Shown here: positions 36,640 to 49,742 of the stretch, one piece after another
Layout: every line of letters starts with the position of its first letter
Numbering within the stretch: position 1 is the stretch's first letter
Assembly: GCA_013239625.1 (NCBI GenBank)
Contig: MU057102.1
Location: 3,677,782-3,741,781 of the forward strand
Direction: 5' to 3'
Source: Lama guanicoe
Taxonomy: Eukaryota
DNA: 64,000 nt
The notes under the pieces: generated by a model
What the model saw: the letters and a program-made list of their open reading frames with translations, nothing else
What the model was told of the DNA's origin: nothing
Databases searched by the model: none
Position numbers and translations under genes: made by a program

Positions 36640-39600
36640 AGACCCGCAGAGGGTCCCTCATCCTCAAGGCTTCAGCTGACTATAGATCAGTCTAAGAATG
36701 AAAAGGAACCACCCAAGGATGGGGAAGAACCACCCAGAAGGATGGGAGTCCACAGGGCAGGAAAGATGTCTGCATCCAACAGTCAGTATTGAGAACCTAG
36801 TCATTCAAGGGGCATTGATTAGAGTACAAAGAAGGGTCTTGCCTCAGTAGAAGGGACAAATCAACTCTAGACTCAATGCATTTCTTGTCCGGCCCAGCAA
36901 AGCTTAAAAACAAGACCTAAAGGACCATGCTGTTTGCAAGTCACTTAACTACATCCCAGAAACAAATGCAAGACTATTTATAGGAACACAAAACTATCCA
37001 GCACCCAATAAGGCAGAATACACAATGTTTGACATCCAACCAAAAATCCCCAGGCATGAAGAGAAGCAGGAAATTAAAACCAGTACAGAGGGGAAAACAG
37101 TCAGGAAGAACCCAGAAATGATGAGATTAGCAGGTGAGAACACCAACACATTTACTGTCTTCTGTTTGTCCAAGGTGTCAGAGCAAAGACTGAGCATATT
37201 AAGGAGAGACAGGGAAGACTTTTTAAAACCTCCAACTGAACGTGCAGGGATGAGAATTACAATGTCTGAAATAAAGACACTAGGGTCATTAGAACACTGG
37301 GAAAGAAAAGACTGATCTTGAAGACCGAGCAAGAGGAACTGTCCAAGGAAACAAAGAGAAAAAACACTGAAAAAATGAACAAGCCACGAGTGAGTCCTAG
37401 GACAACCTCAGGTAGTGAAATGCACGTGGAACTGTAGCCCCACGGGAAAGGAGACAGGGTGGAAAAGAAAATATTTTAAGAAAAAGTGGCCACAATTTTT
37501 CAAAATGTGATAAAAGACGTAAACTCACAGTTTCCAAAAGCTCAAGAAAATGTAACCACAAGAATCAGGAAGAAAACTCCCCGAGGAGCGTCCTTCTCAG
37601 AGTCTCAGAGCACTGAGAGCCAGCCATAGCCCTCCTCGGGACGCTGAGGGCCAGCTGTAACACTTCTCGGGGTGCTGAGGACCAGCTATAGAGAGAGTAA
37701 CTGAGATGCTCCCAGAGAAAAAGCCACATTTTTATACAGAAACAAACAAACAAAGGATGTTTTGTTGATGTCCTGAATGAAAACAATGCACGCAAGAAGA
37801 CAGTAGAGCAATATCTTTAAAATTCAAGGAAAGGGAGCCCATCAACCTGCATTCTCTACGAGCAACAGTGTCTTTTGAAACCAAAGGTGAAACAAGGAAT
37901 TTTTCAGACGGAAGAAACTGGAAGAATTCATCACCAGCAGATCTATACCACAAGACATGTTAAAGAACGTCATCCAAGCAGAGGAAGGTGGGGCCAGAGG
38001 AAAGCCAGATGCCACCCAGAGACATGAAGGGTCCCAGACAGGGAAAATGCAGGGAATGCTTTTCTTATGATTTGAGTCTCTTTAAAATATACTCATCTGC
38101 TTAAAGCAGAAAGAACAGCAGTGTATTGTGTGATTGACAGCATATGAAAAATGAATATGTATGATCACAGGAGCACAAAGGCTGGGAGAAGATGAGAAAT
38201 GGGTTTGTAAGGTCCTCCGACTACATGTGAGCTGGTATGCTCTCACTCACCAGCAGACATTGACAAGTGAAAATGGAGGGCATAAATCCTAACACAACCA
38301 CTAAAATAAACTAGCAAAGAATAACAACTAAGAATGCAATAGAAGAGACAGAGGGAGTAATTTTAAAAATAACAATAATCCAAAAGAAAACAGAAAAAAA
38401 GGGAGAAAACAGATGAGACAAATACAAGATAAATAGCAAGAAGGTAGATTTAAACCCAATCATATCAATAATCACACTAAATGTAAATGATCAAAGCATC
38501 CCAATTGAAAGGCAGAGAGGTTACCCGACAGGGTAAAAAAAAAAAAAAGCAAGATTCAACTATAAGCCATCTACACAGACTTCAAATATAGATACAAATA
38601 GGTTAAAAATTAAAGAGTAGAAAAAGAAAAATCGGCGAGCACTAATCAGAACTCTGCAGTGGCAGCGCTAACCTCAGACAAAGTCGATTTCAGAGCAAGA
38701 GTGTGATCAGAGATAAATAGGGTCTTTTCATAATGACAATGTTCTAAAATCACGAAAAAATGAAACAACCCAAAATGTACATGCACCCGACAACAGCAGA
38801 CAGGAATCCATGAAGCAGGAACTGACCCGGGAGAAACGAGAAGAGCCACAACCACACAGAGATTTCAACACTCCTCTCCCAATTCTCGATTCAATAAGTA
38901 GACAGAGACTCATCAGGAATACGGAAAGCTTGAACAACACTATCAGCTAAATGGGCCTAATGGATATTTATAGAACAGGCAAACATTTTGTGAGCCACAA
39001 GTGGCAACATATTTAAAATAATTCAAATCATACAAAGAATGTTGTCTGACCACATTGGAATTATATTAGAAGTCACTGACCAAAGATACCTGGAAACTCC
39101 TCGAATATTTGCAAACCAATAACCTATCCGTTAATTTCCCATGCATTGAAGAAGAAACCAAAAGGAAAATCAAAAAGTATTTTGAACTGAGTGGAAAAGA
39201 CAACATGTGGAAAACTGTGGGATGGAGTTAAAGCAGTGCCTGGACACTCACAGTGCCAACCGCTGAGCTGAGAAGACAGGACGCGGTTTCCTTCCAAAGA
39301 GACCAGAGAACCTGAGCAGAGACAAAACCCAGAGTAAGCAGAAGGAGCCAAAGGTCACGTTAGAAATCAACGAGCTAGAAAACAGCAAAACAGAACAAGA
39401 TCGGACAGAGGAAACCAGGAAGCCAGAAGCTGGCTCTTTGAGATCAATCACATTGATAAATCCCTTACACATGGATCTGGGGGGAAGAAAAGAGAAAAGA
39501 GACAAAGTATCAATATTAGGACTGAGAGAGGCAATATTAGTAGTACATACATGAAAAGAATTACGCCAATACTTCTGACACCTTAGAAAAAACAGACAAA

Positions 39601-41090
39601 TTCATTGAAAAGCAAGAACTACCACAGCTCACTCTGGAATAAATGGAAAACCAGACTATATTTATTAAATAATCTTAATTTTTAGTTAAAAACCTTCCCA
39701 CAAAGAAAACACCAGGCCCAGATGGCTTCACTGAGAAATCCTACAAAACATTTCAGGAGCAAACGACACCCATTCTACAGGAACACTACCAGAAAAGTGA
39801 AGAGAAGGGAGCACCTTCCAGCCCATCCCATGAAGCCCACGTTACTCTGATGCCAAACTCAGAACGACAAGGACAGAAAGCCTCCAGAAAAGTGTCTGTC
39901 GTGAACACAGATGCAAAACATTTTAAACTCTGTTTCACAAATTCAACAATATAAAGAAAGGCTGATACATCATGATCACGTGGGGTTTATCCCAAGGATG
40001 CAAATTTGGTTTAATATTTAAAAATCAACGTAGCTGACCATATCCACACAGAAAAGCACGTGATTATCTCAACAGATTCAGAAAAGGCTGAACAGTTGGA
40101 CAGATTCCAACACCCATCCCCGATTTAAAAAAACAGAAACAGAAATGCCTGAGCAAGCGGGCGTAGGCAAGGACTTCCTCAGCCTGGCAAGAGGCGTCTG
40201 CAGAAACGTTACCACCAACATGACACTTCATCGTTGAAGAACCAGGCTTCCCCTCCACCAGAACCAGACCCGGGTTTGCTGCCTCTGCAGTTGGTCAACA
40301 TTGTGCCGGAGGTTCAAGCTGGTTCAGACTGGGAAAAAATAAGTAAAATGGTATGATTTGTAAATGACAGGATCAGCTCTGAGACACTCTATGGAATCTA
40401 CAAGGAAAAAAAGAGAGCAAAAGGAGTAGTGTTGGTGCACTTGGCAGGGCGGCAAGAACCCAGACCCCTGCACGAGGGTCCGTCCTGGGAGGCGGCGCGC
40501 ACGCGCACGCGCACGCGCTCGGCCCGGAGCCCGCGCAGCCGTTCCGGAAGACAGTTCAGCAAGGCGCTAGAGCGCAAAGCGCGCCTCTGACCCAGCCTCG
40601 GGGCCTAGCGCTCCACGCACAGGTGTTTACCCAACAGAAGAGGAGGTGCAAAGCTCTGTTCTCGGATGCCCCAAACCGGGACCTACCCAGATGTCCGGCA
40701 AGAGGTGACCGGGCAGATGGACTGTTGGGGTCCACGGACGGGACACAGTCAGCAGTAAAAACGTGCGAAGGGTCCAGGCTCAACAAGGACAGTTGTCCCT
40801 GGTGACTGTGCTGGTGGGAGGACGCTGTGTGGTGGCACCTGCACAGCACCCTAGGAAGAGTCGGTCAGTCTGCAGTGCCAGGAGGCAGGCCTGGGGCTGC
40901 CTGGGCTGGGGCCCGGCTCAGCTTCTGGGGGTTGGAAATGCTCGCTATCTATATTGTGTTTGGTTTCATGGACATGAACTTGTCAAAACTTATTAAATCA
41001 TATGCTTTAAAGAGTGCAGTTTATTGTGTCAATTATACTTCAGTAAAGGTGTTATTATATATTTTTCTTAAAGACAAAGCAAAAAATGCT
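36640..41090 (+). mobile_element. Ancient, decayed LINE-1 (L1M-type): ORF1, ORF2 endonuclease/RT and 3'UTR remnants; boundaries approximate
   Basis: A-rich plus strand. ORF1-like remnants at 37470-37970. Endonuclease start ISIITLNVN-like at about 38462. RT-region KNLPTKKTPGPDGFT at about 39688 and an HHDHVGFIP-like motif at about 39968. L1M-type 3' end at 40920-41050. Many stops and frameshifts. Confidence 0.9.
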
Positions 41091-44000
41091 AAGAAGACAG
41101 ACGAGAGGCCTCCGTGGAGGGGCCGGGGAGGCCACTGAGGTGACAGACTCCTGGCAGCAGCTGCTGATGTCAGACTTTGCAGCGCACCGAAGACCTCCTT
41201 TTGGTTTCACCTTCTCTCCTATGACCTATTTCAACTTGACGACTCATTGGAGCTTTTCCTGCGTCCTGACCCGGGCCTGCCTCCACCCTCGAACCTGCAA
41301 TGGCACCACTGTTTGTCCTTTCCTTGGGGACACGGGGCACCACTGGTGACTCTCAGCATAGACACCATGGAGGGGAGACCTCGTGCCCACTCACAAAGGG
41401 GTGAGCTCGGCAGGGCAGCCCCTGGTCTACGCTTTGACCCAGAACTCTGCTCAGAGGGTTACGTGTCCCCACAGGGGCTCTTGGGGCATGGATGTGAGGC
41501 CAGTCCTGTTTCATGCAGGGCTGTCACAGGATGTGGCTGGAGTGCTTGGATGGGGCCACTGGGCAGGACAGTCGTCCAAGTGGGTCCCGAAGCTCTGGGG
41601 CTGACCAGCACTCCTGCTGAGGTTGGGCCCCCAAGCCTTGCAGATGTGCACCCCTGGATCCCCAAATGGATCCCAGCCCAAAGCCAGAACAGGACACTGC
41701 CATACTGGGCCACCCTGACCAGGTCCGCTGAGGGGACAGGCCTACCCGCTGGGGACCAGCCTGCTCCCATCCTCCGCCGGCGGTGCTCCACCCAGGTTCT
41801 CTCTGGTACCTTGTAGGGCAGTGGTAGAGGGGAGCTGGGTTAGCACTGGCACCCACAGGCCTCCCTCACCTGGAGGCATAGCCAGTCCACGAGCAGCGCG
41901 GGAGCCCCAGGAGGGGTTCTGCTGGGCGTGGAAGGTGGGCAGTGGGGCTTTGGCCTCGTCGGGCCACCTCAGCCTCAGTGAGGAGGGGACCCTGGGACCA
42001 GGAGGCTGAGGGGCACTTCTGACCGGGTGTCAGGGTGCTCAGGCTGCACGCCAGGAGGCAGCAGGTCTGTGGCCACGTGGTGTCCCGTGGTAATGGGGAC
42101 CATATGAACCCCAGCAGCTGCATCCAGGGCTCTCCACCTGTTGAGGGTGTGAGTCATGAGGCTTCATCATGCCCAGGGCTAGACTCCACCCACATCCCCC
42201 ACCACCCAAGGTCCGCAGTGCCACCTCTGGGCAGCAGGTAGGGGCACCAGGCTCAGGACAGCTCTCCTCCTGTGCAGCCCCTTGTGCCCTGGGCCCCACA
42301 AAGGGCCTGGTTCCTCTGCACCCCTCTTAGTGGGCCTCCTGCCTCCCCCTCCCTGTTCTGGGGCCCAGGTCACGCCCAGGCGTGTGGTGGCATCTGGCAC
42401 CTCTGCCTTCGGCTGTCACCTGGGCTTGCACAGGGCGGGGCAGCCCTCTCTTCCTCCTTCACGATGGGAGGGGTAACGCCCGCCCTCTGCCCTCCCCAAC
42501 AGGGGTTCCCCTGGGGGTTTCTGCTCCTGACTGGCCTCCTCAACCTGGGCCCAGAAGCTCTTCCGCAGGCATGCGTGTCCTCCCGCTGGGGCCCAGACCA
42601 GTGGGACTGGGGGCGGCCCCAGGACACAGAGCCTCCACGTGGGGTTCCGGCAACAGCCGGGGGCTGGCCTTGCAGGAGGGCAACGGTACCAAGGCTACTC
42701 AAGTTCCTCAGTGGCTGCGAGCTGGGCTGGTGTGGGTGGAAGGAAAGGGCTAGCTGCCATGGCGACTGCAGTGCTGATAAAGTCTGGGCATCTCTCCTCC
42801 CTTGAAACGGAAGAGGCAGAACTGAGAGCTGGGGCACAGGGCTGTCAGGGGCCCGGCGGCTCATCTCCTGTGGCCACGGGGCCAGTTCTGTGAGCCACTG
42901 CCTGACAGAAGGCTGGACACTGACGAGGCCTCTGTTTGGTCAGGAGCAGCAATTTTTTTTTAAGGTTTTATTTGTTTTTTATTTGGTATCATAGGCTTTA
43001 ATCTCAGTGGCTGGAAAATCACTTTATAGCAATTTTCAAGGAAAGGAAACAGGGACAGAGGGGCAGGGCCCCAACACTGCCAGGTCCCCTCACTGGGGAC
43101 CCCTCCCCCCGTGTAGAGTCTGTCGCTATCCCGGCTGCCCACACAGCCTGATGGCCAGCGTTGCAGGAGGAGGGAGCCCTCAGCCTTGCTGGTCACACCG
43201 GCAGGATCCCGGGAAGTATGGTGGCAGTGAACCCATCACCGCACACAAGGGAGGTGTGATGGACGCGGCTGCTCAGAACCAGGCCTACTGCACTGGCCCG
43301 AGCTCCTGGCAGTGGAGTCGATGGTTGGGAGGCTGGCCTGTGGCCACTTCCCCACACGCCCTGGGGCCTGCTGAGCCCCACGCGTGCTCCTGGGACCAGC
43401 AGCAACCAGAGTCGCAGGCAGTCTCAGGCCCAGTTCCAGTCAGACCATGTTTAACAAGACCCCAGGTGAAGCACACACGAGCCTTTGAAGCACGGGCCCT
43501 CGGCAGGCACGAGAGGGCTGGCTTCGCGCGGCTTCTGGAGGCTAGAAGCACAAGCAGCCAGATAATCGGAGACCTGTTGGCAGCTCTGACACACTTGTCA
43601 CTGAGAGGCCAGGACCTTGTGCCCAGTTCCTAGAACTAAGTGGCTCACAGACCAAGAGCCCTTAATGGAGGGGAGGCCAGACCCCCCTGAAAAAGAACCA
43701 CCTGAACAGTCACACGTGTCCCCAGGAATGTAAGGGGCACCTGCGGGGTCCGCAAGTGACTGTCCCGTGGAGAGGCCCGCCAGGCTCCTGTGGATTACGG
43801 ATGACGGCCAGTTCCCGCTCACCTGAACACCTCCACTGCTGGGCACACAGGGCCCTGACCTCAGTCTGTGAGCCCACAGGTCCTGCAGGCCCTGCCTGCG
43901 GTGTTTCTGTGTCCCCAGATGGTAGAGAGGGCTGCAGCGGCCACCCCACACCGGACCCTCGACCTGTGCAGGGAGGGCTGTCCTGGAAGCCCCCAGGCCT

Positions 44001-45875
44001 GCCCTCCCTGCTAAACCAAAACCACCACGACGTTTCTGGGGAAGCTGCAGAGAGTCAGAAACCTGGGGAATGTGAGGAGGGTGTTCCTTCTCTCTTCTCC
44101 AAATCACCTGCCAGATGGGTGTAGAGTGCCATGATCACAGCGTAACCTGTGGCAACACCAATGAGCTGAGGTCTGGATGTGGTGGTGTCGTTGGGGACAG
44201 TCACACAGCCCGGGGGCCTGACATGCAGCTGACCCGGCAAATGCTTTCTCTCCCTGTCAGGGACGACCAGCAGGCTCCCTCATGGGACAGGGACAGCGGC
44301 GCACCTCTACAGTCACCTCAAGGCAACAGCTTTCCCACTGTCTTCATATGGTCCAGGGTCCCGGTTTCCTTGGTGACACTGTGCTGATCAGACAGGGGGC
44401 CGCGAGATGACCAGCACACCAGATGCATCAGTAAGACCGTGCTTGCTGCGTGGGGGTGGGTAAACCCATGGAAGTTCAGGAGCCTCCAGGGAAGCCTCGG
44501 GTCTGAGAGTCTGGGCACGGGGGATGGTCCCCGTGAAGTGGGACCGGTCACAGTGCACCCGCTGCTCCTAAGGGGCCCAGGGCTCACGGGACTCTGGGTG
44601 TGGGGGCAGCACGTGCCATGTCTGCACCTGCTGTTCTGACCCATTTCCTGGGCTGCAGACAGCATTGTCCAGGCGCAGTGCAGGCCACCTGCCCCTGGGG
44701 TCAGTCCGGGCAGCCTGGAGCAAGGCCACTTCCTCCTCTCAAAATTCCCTGGAAAAGCAGCTCCGGGCTGGCATCTGCGCCCTGGGGCAGCTCCCGCCCC
44801 ACCACCGGGCCCGAGCCGGCGCACAGAGCACTCTGTCCCGAGGCCTATATACTGGAGTCCAGGCCCGGGCGCATCTGGAGGGCGGCAGGTGCCTGCCCGG
44901 GAGGCGCTGGCTCCCCCCGGACCGCCGCCTCTCCCTCGGCCCGCACCCGGGGCCCCCCGAGGCGCTTCCTGCTCACTCCCAGAGGGCGGCACCAAGGTGC
45001 ACATCTGGCTCAAGCTTGGCTTACAACAAGCAGCACCCAAGAGGCTGGCCACTGGGGCCAGACTCAGAAAGACCAAGACAGAAAGCTTGGGGACAGAGAG
45101 GTCTAAGGAGAGGGACGGCGAGGGTGCTGTGTCCTGCAGAAAGGCCACACTGGTCCGGGAAGCGTCCCCCACATCAGCGGCTCTTGTAAATAAGACACAG
45201 CGATGTCAGCCTCTTTCTGCCAGCCCGGGTACCACTCCATGGGCCCAGGTGCAAAGTGGCCGTGGCAGCAGGGGCAGAGGCTGTGTAGGGGCCGGTTCCG
45301 TGGCTCCCTGAACTCTCAGCCCGGCTCCAAGCCCAATGATCCCAAACCAGCAAAGATCAAAGCAAGGTCAGAGGGTGGGGACATGCCAGCAACCTGGTAG
45401 CTACCGGACAACATGTGAGCCACAGTCAGAGCGGAGATGGTGACTTACCCCGGAGACAGATGTGGCTTTGCTGTCCTGGCCACGACATGGGTGCCAGTGC
45501 CTAGTCCCCCACCCGCCCCAAATGCCACAGGGCCGCAGTAGCCTCCGAAGGAGGGGCCCGTCTTACCTCCAGGGCAGACAGCAGCGGGCTCCTGCCAGGA
45601 AGCTGACAGGAAAGCTTTGACCCTGTGGAACTGCTTTGCACAGGGCCTCCCCTACTGCACACCCCACTGCTCCGTGGGATCCCTGCTCTGTGGGCTTGAA
45701 GGTCCTGTGTCCAAGGAAGGAGCCAGGGAACCCAGTCCCCCTCCAAGGAAGCTAGAAGCTGAGAAGGCTCTGACCATCACCGGTCCCCAGGCCACTGAGC
45801 CAGTGGCTGGAGAAGAGAATGTTTGACTGCTGGGGTGATGGAGCCCCGTCACCACGGGGAAAGGAGGTCGAGGCT

Positions 45876-46250
45876 TGTTACGGGCAGAACTGTGTCCTCC
45901 AAAATTCATACATTGAGTTCTAACCCCCAGGACCTCAGAATGTGGTTGTATTTGGAGATAGTCCTCTAAAGAGGTGATTGCAATGAGGTCATGTGGGTGG
46001 GCCCTAATCTCACCTGGCTGGTGGCCTTGTAAGAAGAGATTAGGACACAGACACACACAGAGGGACGGCCACATAACAACATGGGAGAAGGCGGCCTTGT
46101 GCAAGCCAAGGAGAGAGGTCTCAGGAGGAACCAGCCCCCTAGCACCCTGACCTCAGACTCTGGTCTCCAGGTCTGGGAGGAGAGGAGTGACCGCTGCTCG
46201 GGCCGCCAGCCCACCATGCTCTGTCACGGGGGCCAGGCTCAGACAGCACA
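45876..46250 (+). mobile_element. MaLR solo LTR (MLT1A/B-like)
   Basis: TG...CA termini, about 375 bp. Characteristic MLT1 motifs tgtgtcctccaaaattcata, ggtgggccctaatc, gccaaggagagaggtctcagga. Confidence 0.85.
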
Positions 46251-47398
46251 TCGTGATGAGGCAGGATGACAATGCACAGGAACAATGCCCACCAGGCACC
46301 CCTAGTGCCCCTTGTATGGTCACAACGGGGCCCCAGCAAGACGGTCTGGGTCCCCCAGTCACCAAGCCCTGAAGTCCCCAGACCAGGGACTGGCTTTGTG
46401 GTTCATGCAAAAATGTGGCCAAACATCTCTTGCCCAAGACGAGACTGCTGGTGGGAACTGGTGTCCCCTGAGTTTCCACATGGATGGGGGGTGATAGGTT
46501 TCAGGGGAGCCAGAGGGGTGACTGGGCCTGGTCTTCCATCTGCCTTCCAGGCCCACGGCCCCACCACCCTTGTGCCCAGGCAGCTTGGGGTGGGCAGTGG
46601 AGAGAGGAGCATGGGGTCAGGGCCCCCACTTCTGCTGGCAGTGGCCCCAGGCTGGTGCATCCCTGAGCTGAAGGTCTTTGCTGGGCAGCTCCTCCCCTCA
46701 TTCCTCCGTCTCTCCACCTGCCCTGGGGCAGAGGTGGCTGTGGGGAGGAGCCCCGGGGCTCGGCACCACCCACTGTGGCTTCCCTGCCCCCTGCCCATAT
46801 CTCTATAAACAGTCCCCAGGTCATGTACGCCATCTGTTTCCTTCTGGGCCCAGACAAGGAGCTAGGATGACCAAGAGTGGACACTGCTGGCCATTTCTTC
46901 TGCTGGAGACAGTCTGGGCCAGGCAGCCTGGCAAGGGGTAGGGGACAGCCTGGCTGGGCCTCAGGGAGTGGATAACCCTCTGGGCTCTGTCCCAGGCACA
47001 CTCCACTCGCAGGGCACCCTCAGCCCCCACCCTGCAGGAGACGGGAGTGGTGGGGCCTGCTGCTCCCGGAGGTGACACCAGAGACCCTAACTCCAGTGCA
47101 GTCCACACCTCGCCCCTCCCGCAGCTCACACCTGTCTGCCTCAACCTGCACCCCATCCCAGCTCCCACAGGTGGGGAGGGGGCTCTGACCAACAGGCCCC
47201 ACATCTGCCTAGCGCCCCTGACAAAGGCTTTCCCGGAGACTGTGTGTGGAAAGGCACTTTAAGAGGTTGAGTGAGGGGCAGGAGGGGCAAACAGAGGGGG
47301 TGACTGTCGGACAGGCTGATGGTGGTCCAGCCCAGCATGGCCCCTGGCCGCCCCAGCTCACCGGTCAGCACAGGCTCATCGCCGGGCAGCAGCGGCCC

Positions 47399-47505
47399 TC
47401 AGGGTGCCGGGACCTCCAGATACTGCACAGAACTCGAGAAGGGGCCTGGCCGGGCCCAGTAGTCCACTGCACGAACCCGGTAGGAGCCAGAGACGACGGC
47501 CCCGT
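47399..47505 (-). CDS. IDUA: IDUA exon 14
   Basis: [35 protein letters not shown] then TGA. The 14 exons sum to 1932 nt = 643 aa + stop. Confidence 0.94.
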
Positions 47506-47642
47506 CTGGGGACACAAAGGTACATGTGTGGTCTTGAGTGTGAGCCCCCCGATCCCCCGAAGTCCTAAAGGCCCCCAGCTCCAGGCTTTGAAAGGCCCTG
47601 GACTCCACCCCACCAGGCCCTGTGCTGAGGCGGCAGGCACAC

Positions 47643-47743
47643 CTGGGCTGAACACGAAGAGGTTAAAGGTCGAAGGCTTCCTGCTGATGGGCGCGTACGC
47701 CCCACCATCCGGGGAGAACTGGATCTCATAGGTCCACAGGCAC
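47643..47743 (-). CDS. IDUA: IDUA exon 13
   Basis: [34 protein letters not shown]. 101 nt. Confidence 0.95.
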
Positions 47744-48140
47744 CTGGGGAAGGTCAGTCAGGACCAGCGCTGGGGTCCAGGTGGACTGACAGGCAGAGCA
47801 GACCCAGGGCCCTACTCCCTCCAGCCCCCTTCCTGAACCCTCCCCGGGGCTGGGACACTCTTCCTGCAGTGACACAGGGCCACACTGGCTGAGAAGATGG
47901 GGCTGGAGCCCCAGTGCCATCTGCAAATGTCACCCTACATCAGACAGCTGAGAGTCGTGGGCCTCTGTGCCCACAGTGGGGTGGGTGTAGAGGGGGCAGA
48001 GGTGCCCAGCCTGGGGGACGGTTGGAGGGCCACAGCCAAGTGGCCACGTGGGCACTACAGCCTGGAGGATTTGGGGGCCAAGGACACAGGTAGAAAGGAA
48101 CAGATTTAGGGGGTGTAGGGGTAGGACAGCACTCACGCAC

Positions 48141-48217
48141 TTGGAGCCCACACGCATATCCGACCAGACCAAAAGCAGCTGCCCACGGGTCAAGGGCAGA
48201 GCACGGAGCCGAGTCAC
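48141..48217 (-). CDS. IDUA: IDUA exon 12
   Basis: [26 protein letters not shown]. 77 nt, donor AA|GTGCGT. Confidence 0.94.
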
Positions 48218-48314
48218 CTGGAGGAGTGAGGCACCGTGACTCGGGGGTGAGGGGCCGGGGGTGCGGGCCTGAGCAGGGGGACACCTGAGTGGGGGACACG
48301 GAGCTACCACTTGC

Positions 48315-48440
48315 CTGGCCTGGGGGCTCCTGAGGGCGCGCACACACGTGCACCAGCAGGAGTGAGGGCAGGGGAAGCTCGGGACTCAGGGTCAGCTGGC
48401 CACTTGTGGGGAAGGGGCGCGGCGTCACGGCCACCGGGTC
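48315..48440 (-). CDS. IDUA: IDUA exon 11 (GC donor)
   Basis: [42 protein letters not shown]. 126 nt, donor CAG|GCAAGT. Confidence 0.93.
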
Positions 48441-48517
48441 CTGTGGACAGGGTCAGGTGCTCAGGGCCCTCAGACCTCTGGAGCCTCTCTGCCCTCCACC
48501 TCACCCTCCCCGCAGAC

Positions 48518-48639
48518 CTCAGCCGTGCGCATGCGCTGGAACTGCTCCGCAGAGGGGAAGACCGGCCTGCCGAGGCGCTGCCACTCACGGTGGGGGCTGC
48601 AGGACCAGTTGTCCATGTAGAGTGTTACAAAGACGAGCC
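48518..48639 (-). CDS. IDUA: IDUA exon 10
   Basis: [41 protein letters not shown]. 122 nt. Confidence 0.95.
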
Positions 48640-48724
48640 CTGCAGAGCCAGATGCTGGGGCCATGCCTTGCCCCTCCAGGCCCTGCCCCACCCCCCACCG
48701 GAGCTACCCGGGCTCCCTGCTCAC

Positions 48725-48937
48725 CTGGGCCGGGGGGCACCCCATGCAGGCGTAGGGTCAAGGTGACGCTGCGGTTGGCGTGGGCATGGGTGTCATTGCT
48801 CGCGTAGACCAGCACCGTGGCACGCCAGGTGTCAGCGGGGCCAGTTGGGCGGTGGGTGCTGGCCAGGACGCCCACCGTGTGGTTGCTGTCCAGCACCATC
48901 CCAGCCTGAGACACCTCGGCCCAGAGCTGCTCGCCGT
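48725..48937 (-). CDS. IDUA: IDUA exon 9
   Basis: [27 protein letters not shown]...LHGVPPGP. 213 nt. Confidence 0.95.
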
Positions 48938-49233
48938 CTGCAGGCCAAGGGGGTCACCACGCAGAGTCATCACCCCTTTGCCCTCCCTAGGCCTGGCTTC
49001 CCACCATTTGCCCCTCCTCCACTGGAGGCCCCCGGCCACACCGCCACCTCTGAGACCCACTGAGCTGGGGGAGGGGAGGACAAGAAACATGCGCCCCGGT
49101 CCCCAGCAGGGCACATCCACCCCTGGGCCTCTGCACAAGCTCCTCCTGGCCTAGAACGGCCTCCCTGTCCAGCTGAGACCTCGGCTCGGCCCTCCCTGGC
49201 AGGCAGCAACGTGGGACCCAGCACGCAGCTCAC

Positions 49234-49450
49234 CCAGCAGGGCCAGTAGTGCCATGGCTGTGAGCACTGGCTTGCGCAGCAGCTGCACGTGCGGTGGGCG
49301 TGTGTTGTTGACCTGGAAGCGTGCGGTGAGTGTGCGCTGTGAGAAGGGGTGCGGGTGGTAACTCAGGAAAGCGTTGTCATTGCTCAGGAGCGCGTAGTGC
49401 ACGGCGGAGCTGGTGTTGGCCACCAGCAGGTTCTGGTGCTGCGCGATGAC
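49234..49450 (-). CDS. IDUA: IDUA exon 8
   Basis: [15 protein letters not shown]...[52 protein letters not shown]. 217 nt. Confidence 0.96.
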
Positions 49451-49562
49451 CTGCGAGCCGAGGGGCAGCTGGGACCGCGGCCAACACGGCCACCCGCCCA
49501 CCCCACCCCCACCCCATCCAGGAGGAAGGCTGCTCCTGGGGGCGTCCTGGGGCTGGGCCCAC

Positions 49563-49742
49563 CTTCACGACCATGGCAGCGTAGGTCACGTCGGCCCTCC
49601 AGGGCTGCGGCAGGGACCAGCCCACCAGTGGGTCCGCCTCATCATTGTAAAGGGGGGTGTCAGTGAACTTGGGGAAGAGCCGCTGTATCTGCCCCACGAC
49701 TGCCACCTCCTGCTCCAGGATGCGGATGGAGCTGCCTGCGCC
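49563..49742 (-). CDS. IDUA: IDUA exon 7 (catalytic nucleophile Glu in YNDEADP)
   Basis: [12 protein letters not shown]...[31 protein letters not shown]. 180 nt. Confidence 0.96.
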
